Source: Nemertoderma westbladi (lineage: Eukaryota; Animalia; Xenacoelomorpha). From it: DNA of 50,830 bases. A program made the translations under genes and the position numbers. The notes beneath the pieces were generated by a model that worked only from the letters and a program-made list of their open reading frames with translations, had not been told where the DNA came from and ran no database searches. Every line of letters begins with the position of its first letter. Position 1 is the stretch's first letter. Positions 45,772-50,830 of the stretch are shown piece by piece. The stretch covers positions 1 to 50,830 of the forward strand of contig JAUCBJ010007034.1 in assembly GCA_032718475.1 (NCBI GenBank), in the 5' to 3' direction.

Positions 45772-45911
45772 ATTAAGAAGGCACTAAGGCACCTTCTCCA
45801 TTACACATACATTTCGGATCCTGGCTTGGTTTCAACGAAAAAGCCTTTCCTCAAAATTTTGACAAAAAATTGATTCTTGCACAAAATTTTGCACCTAAAA
45901 ATCGCACTTAC

Positions 45912-46197
45912 TGTTATATCCCAATGTCATAATCCTAAAAACACTAGAGCTATAACATGGCTCGCCCCATATATATATATATATATAGGCCTATGCCTGG
46001 TGATGGAGTACGGTATTAATTAGGCCTATTAGCGCTATAGACAGCGCGGTGTCTGACATCATGATACTGTGATATACTGGTATATTATTACGATACTAAT
46101 AATACGGACATATTACATATTATTATGAATATATGATATTATGTTTTATATTATATCTGACCGCCTAGTTCATCTACCCGCGGTCCAAGACATAACA
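45912..46197 (+). repeat. Putative 5' LTR of Gypsy element
   Basis: 6-bp terminal inverted repeat and TATA-rich centre, followed directly by a TGG PBS; left boundary unconfirmed without the 3' LTR. Confidence 0.55.
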
Positions 46198-46207
46198 TGG
46201 CGCAGTG
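46198..46207 (+). promoter_or_regulatory. Canonical tRNA primer-binding site (TGGCGCAGTG, probably tRNA-Ser type)
   Basis: Starts with TGG immediately after the LTR-terminal CA. Confidence 0.65.
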
Positions 46208-46238
46208 ATTGATTGAACCTCGATAAACAGATAAAACC

Positions 46239-49200
46239 ATGGCCGCCATTGAACAAACTTCTTGGTTGGAGCTAACACCAGAGGATATCGATAAACTGGA
46301 CAGGAGTAGCCTTATTACACACTGCAAATATGCAGAGATCCAGTTCGACACCAGGACGGCGACAGTAACGCTGCGTCGTCGACTGCTCAAACTCATAACG
46401 GGGGAAGGTACCGGTACTACTACGCCGCACCCGGAACCTCCCGCCCAATTCGATATCGCTCAACTCATCGCTCAGCTCCGTTATACCGATGAACAACGGG
46501 ACGCACAACGCGAACAACGAGAAGCCCAACGAGAAGTTCAGCGCGAACAAAGAGAGGAGGAACGGGAATTACGTTTATTACAACTCCTACAACCACGGGG
46601 TGCTGATACGACGACGGAACAGCATCCTGGACGCCATAACCACGGACATAACGTTAGTTCCAGTGCTAAACTGATTGTCCAATCACCCCCAAACCTAGAT
46701 ATAGACTTTAATTATCAGCGTTTTAAACGCTGGGAAGTACAGTGGCGTAACTACGTTCGTGCCGTTAGACTCGACGAAAAACCACGAGAAGAACAGATAT
46801 CTGTGTTTTTCTCTTACTGTTCCCCAGAATTCCTCAACCATATCCGTTATAGACTCGGAATATCCACCAAAACGGAAAAATCGGCGTCAGAAGTCCTGGA
46901 AGATATACGGGTTTATCTTCGCGCCGAGCAGAATGTAGTTGTGGATCGCCATAAACTGGTTCAACTACAGCAAGAACAGGGTCAGAATTTCGACGATTAT
47001 TATGTTCGCCTCTGCGAGATGGCCGAGGACGCCGAGCTTGAATCAATGACCAGGGACGACTGGTTAAACACCCTTCTGATCCGAGGAATTCGGGACGATG
47101 AAACCCGGGAAGAATTATTCTCTAAACGTCCGCCAATGAATCGCCAAGAAACTGTCGACTTTTGTCGATCCCGCGAGATTGCAATTCGTGACACTCAACT
47201 CCTTAAACAGCGCCGTATTAGCGGAATACAGCAACCTACCGGTACCACAGACAACCGACAAGGAAGGAGTAAGTCGAAGTCGCGATATAAGAGCGGTTAT
47301 AAACGTTCTAAGGAAGAAATCCAAACCCGATCTCCTTCAGCCGCTCGAATTCGGGATGCAATGGCTAAAGCCAAAGCAAAGGGTGAATGTATATACTGTG
47401 GTGGGAATTTTCCACATAGAGGCGGTGATTATTGCAAAGCGGCTGATAAAACTTGCCGTAATTGTAATATAAAAGGGCATTACGCATCACAATGCGTCGC
47501 GGCAAAATACAAAAAACGTCCGCAAAACACTAGTGTAATCCGCATAGCGGATATCCATGGGTACACAGCCGCACACCGGAAACCGCTGGTTCCCATTGAT
47601 TTTTATTTGGGGGGGGAATACGTTGGAAACACTACGTGTATTGCTGACACGGGGGCTCAAGTTATTGCTGCGGGCTCAGACATTCTATACGAATGGGCCC
47701 TGCCTGAGGGCGAAGGGGGTAAAATTGTGCCCCCAGACTGCCCATTGTTAAATGCCAATGGCGGAACTATATCTTGTGAAGGGATGATTTATATGGAATT
47801 ATCGGTTGGGAATGAAACCCATGGGGATTGGATTTATCTTTGTCCAGACCTTTTCAAAGATATATACTTATCTCTCCCTGCCTGTAAGGGGCTTGGGATT
47901 GTTCACCCAGAATTTCCCACCCCTCTTCATCTGGTAAGTGGGTGGAGAGAAACTTCTATAAATGTAATCCCTTGTAATCCCTCAAAATCCCCAAATAAAA
48001 TCCCGAACATAATATCAGCTGTACCTATAGAATATACTGTTATTCCAAAACCAATAAATAATATCCCAAATTTAATCTCAGCTGTACCTGTAGATCATAA
48101 TGATACCAATGTAAAAAATATTAAACAAGAACTTCTGGTGGAATTCCAGGATGTTTTTGCTAGTGGTGGTCCATTACGGACAATGACCGGGCCTCCCATG
48201 GAGATTGAGTTAAGGGACAATGCCCAACCATTTTGTATCCATGCAGCGCGGTCTATACCTTTCCCCTACAGGGAGAAAGCCCGATTGGAACTCATCGCCA
48301 TGGAGACGCAGGGAATTATAGAACGGGTAGGGGATCGCCCTACTTTATGGTGCCACCCGATTGTGGTTTGCCCAAAGCCGAATTCCCCAGGAGAAATTCG
48401 CATGACTGTGGACCTCACTAAATTGAATTCCCAGGTCCACCGAACTACTCACAATTCCCGCACTCCATATGACGTAGTATCTGATCGAACACCGGGGGCG
48501 CAAATATTTACAGTTCTAGACGCCAGGAAGGGGTACTGGCAGGTGGAACTTGCGGAATCCTCTCGGGATTATACGACTTTCATCACTCCATGGGGACGTT
48601 TTAGATATCGACGGGCTCCAATGGGGTTCATATCTACAGGCGATAGCTATAACTACCGTGGAGACATGGCACTCCAAGGGGTGCCACAGGTACATAAAGT
48701 GGTGGATGATATACTCATCCAGGACACTAACCTCACAGACCACATCCAGCGGGTCCGGACCATCCTTCAGAAATGCCGCGAGGCAGGGATTACATTACAT
48801 CCCTCAAAATGGCAATTCGCCCAACCCTGTGTAAAATTCGCCGGGTTTATTGTGTCTGGTGCAGGAACCGAAGCAGACCCTAATAAACTCAAAGCAATAG
48901 CTGGCTATCCAACCCCTCTCAATATTCCGGATCTTCGCAGCTTTATGGGCCTTGTGAACCAGTTAGGCCATTTTTCCAGCGAAATAAGCACATATGCAGC
49001 ACCTCTCCGGGACTTATTGCGCACCCGTAATACTTTCATGTGGACCCCCAACCACCAAGATGCATTCCTGAAGGTGAAAAATGCATTGGTGCAACCGCCA
49101 ATCCTTGCACCATTTAATCTACAGGCAGAGACCAAGCTGGAAACAGACGCTAGCCGTCTGCATGGTTTCGGTTTCGATCTTCTACAGCGGCATGGAGATC

Positions 49201-50830
49201 ATTGGAATTTAATATGTTGCGGTAGCCGTTTCCTGTCAGATGCAGAAACGCGCTATGCCACAATAGAACTGGAGTGCTGCGCGATCCGATATGCAATCCA
49301 GAAATGCCGCATATACTTATTGGGCCTTCCTTTATTCACAGTTGTGACAGATCACAGGCCTTTAGTCACACTATTTAATAACTACTCAGTTGATCAGGTC
49401 GAAAACACAAAAATTCAGCGGATCAAAAGTGATCTGCAATCCTGTTACCAATTCAAAGTCGAATGGCAAAAAGGAAAATCCCATAGAATAGCCGACTGCC
49501 TTAGCCGTTCACCAGTTGACGACCCTTCCCCAGAGGAGGACGATTTCGATGGCTGTAACTTTAATATCGCTGCTGCGTGTGCTAAAATCGAGGAAACAAC
49601 ACCCCGAATCAATGATCCCATCCTCGAGGAACTGCGTGTAGCAGCACAGGATGATTCGAACTACAAGAAACTCATCGAATTAATCCAAAATGATTTTAAG
49701 GATATCCGAGAGCTACCTCCATTTTTAAAAAAGTTCACATCGATTCGCGGTGAACTTTCATTAGCCGATGGACTAATCCTTTACCGGGATAGGATTATTA
49801 TCCCACAATCCCAACAGCCCGAAATATTACGTCGACTGCATACATCCCATCAGGGTATCACCCGTACCAAGCAGCGCGCCCGCCAGACTGTATACTGGCC
49901 TGGAATATCACGTGATATTGAACTTATGATTAATAAATGCCTTGCTTGCCAGGAATTGCGACCCAGTCTCGCGAAAGAGACACTACAATCTGATGAAATT
50001 CCAAACCATCCATTCCAATCTGTATCTACAGACCTTTTTGCAATTGGTAGTAAACACTACCTTGTTTACGTCGACCGACTTTCTGGCTACCCAGATATTC
50101 ATGAGTGGCGGTATGACCCAACTTCAAAGGAAGTTGCATATATTTTAAGACAGTGGTTTGTAGACCTAGGAGTCCCTGTTCTCTTGAGGTCAGATGGTGG
50201 ACCTCAATTCAATGCAGCCTCATTCCGTGCATTCCTGAAGCGATGGGGAGTTGAATGGAGACCCAGCACCCCATACTTCCCGTCCAGTAATGGACATGCA
50301 GAAGCTGCAGTTAAATCCCTTAAACACCTCGCATCAAAGGTTCCCCGCCACGATACCAATTCTGAAGAGTTCCAGGATGGACTGCTGGAACTCCGCAATA
50401 CCCCGAAAGCTGATGGACGATCACCTAACGAGATCGTTTTCGGTCGCCTATTACGATCTCGCATCCCGGCACACCACAACCGATACAATCAATGTTGGCT
50501 GGATCAAGCTGATATTGCTGATAAACGTGCCGCCGATCTTCGTGACTACAATAAGGATATCTACAACCATTCTGCTCGCGATCTCCGACCAATTAAAGTT
50601 GGTACTCGTGTATGGATTCAGGATCCACGGACCAGGCGCTGGTCCAATGTTGGAATAATTGTGGGCGTTGGTACTCGACGAGATTACCGGGTTAAACTGG
50701 CATCAGGTCGTGTATGGTGGCGCAACCGCCGTTTTCTCCGTCCTTACGTATCACCGGATGACACTGAAACTTCCAACCTTTCAAACGATATCCCCAAACA
50801 TTCACAAACTGAAACTATTTCTCCCGCAGC
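46239..50830 (+). CDS. Gypsy Gag-Pol polyprotein, single ORF >1530 aa, 3' incomplete
   Basis: ATG at 46239; same frame holds CRNCNIKGHYASQC, IADTGAQ (47646), LDARKGYWQV (48516), KVVDD (48699), ETDAS, HTSHQG..CLAC, SDGGPQF (50190) and SNGHAE; absent from the ORF track, consistent with no stop inside the window. Confidence 0.92.
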   Translation, partial: MAAIEQTSWLELTPEDIDKLDRSSLITHCKYAEIQFDTRTATVTLRRRLLKLITGEGTGTTTPHPEPPAQFDIAQLIAQLRYTDEQRDAQREQREAQREVQREQREEERELRLLQLLQPRGADTTTEQHPGRHNHGHNVSSSAKLIVQSPPNLDIDFNYQRFKRWEVQWRNYVRAVRLDEKPREEQISVFFSYCSPEFLNHIRYRLGISTKTEKSASEVLEDIRVYLRAEQNVVVDRHKLVQLQQEQGQNFDDYYVRLCEMAEDAELESMTRDDWLNTLLIRGIRDDETREELFSKRPPMNRQETVDFCRSREIAIRDTQLLKQRRISGIQQPTGTTDNRQGRSKSKSRYKSGYKRSKEEIQTRSPSAARIRDAMAKAKAKGECIYCGGNFPHRGGDYCKAADKTCRNCNIKGHYASQCVAAKYKKRPQNTSVIRIADIHGYTAAHRKPLVPIDFYLGGEYVGNTTCIADTGAQVIAAGSDILYEWALPEGEGGKIVPPDCPLLNANGGTISCEGMIYMELSVGNETHGDWIYLCPDLFKDIYLSLPACKGLGIVHPEFPTPLHLVSGWRETSINVIPCNPSKSPNKIPNIISAVPIEYTVIPKPINNIPNLISAVPVDHNDTNVKNIKQELLVEFQDVFASGGPLRTMTGPPMEIELRDNAQPFCIHAARSIPFPYREKARLELIAMETQGIIERVGDRPTLWCHPIVVCPKPNSPGEIRMTVDLTKLNSQVHRTTHNSRTPYDVVSDRTPGAQIFTVLDARKGYWQVELAESSRDYTTFITPWGRFRYRRAPMGFISTGDSYNYRGDMALQGVPQVHKVVDDILIQDTNLTDHIQRVRTILQKCREAGITLHPSKWQFAQPCVKFAGFIVSGAGTEADPNKLKAIAGYPTPLNIPDLRSFMGLVNQLGHFSSEISTYAAPLRDLLRTRNTFMWTPNHQDAFLKVKNALVQPPILAPFNLQAETKLETDASRLHGFGFDLLQRHGDHWNLICCGSRFLSDAETRYATIELECCAIRYAIQKCRIYLLGLPLFTVVTDHRPLVTLFNNYSVDQVENTKIQRIKSDLQSCYQFKVEWQKGKSHRIADCLSRSPVDDPSPEEDDFDGCNFNIAAACAKIEETTPRINDPILEELRVAAQDDSNYKKLIELIQNDFKDIRELPPFLKKFTSIRGELSLADGLILYRDRIIIPQSQQPEILRRLHTSHQGITRTKQRARQTVYWPGISRDIELMINKCLACQELRPSLAKETLQSDEIPNHPFQSVSTDLFAIGSKHYLVYVDRLSGYPDIHEWRYDPTSKEVAYILRQWFVDLGVPVLLRSDGGPQFNAASFRAFLKRWGVEWRPSTPYFPSSNGHAEAAVKSLKHLASKVPRHDTNSEEFQDGLLELRNTPKADGRSPNEIVFGRLLRSRIPAHHNRYNQCWLDQADIADKRAADLRDYNKDIYNHSARDLRPIKVGTRVWIQDPRTRRWSNVGIIVGVGTRRDYRVKLASGRVWWRNRRFLRPYVSPDDTETSNLSNDIPKHSQTETISPA

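Larger units (their letters stand above)
45912..50830 (+). mobile_element. Ty3/Gypsy (Mag-like) LTR retrotransposon, 3' end beyond the window
   Basis: Putative 5' LTR TGTTAT..ATAACA, PBS TGGCGCAG, continuous gag-pol. Confidence 0.93.

Overview
AT-rich eukaryotic (probably invertebrate animal) genomic DNA dominated by transposable elements. The core is a nest of two young BEL/Pao LTR retrotransposons. The outer element (16284-44445, + strand) has 1237-bp LTRs and a CTGAT TSD, has lost RT, most of RNase H and integrase, and carries an extra 3' zinc-knuckle ORF. The inner element (18856-34959, - strand) has ~2265-bp LTRs and an ATACG TSD, sits in the outer leader, and has a full gag-pol broken by three lesions. 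The flanks hold the 3' end of an L2/CR1-group LINE, a tRNA-derived SINE head, MITE/Helentron-like repeats, a non-autonomous TIR element, two RTE-type LINE 3' fragments and an apparently intact Gypsy element running off the right edge. One RTE fragment disrupts an intronless Ly6/uPAR-like host gene. Main unusual signals: (i) neither BEL element has a tRNA primer-binding site, and in both the 11 nt abutting the 5' LTR are perfectly complementary to an 11-mer inside their own LTR, suggesting tRNA-independent self-priming; (ii) a 20-nt palindromic stem-loop motif occurs 8 times across the inner element regardless of reading frame; (iii) both elements appear to carry accessory genes. All calls were made by eye; no database search or folding computation was run.
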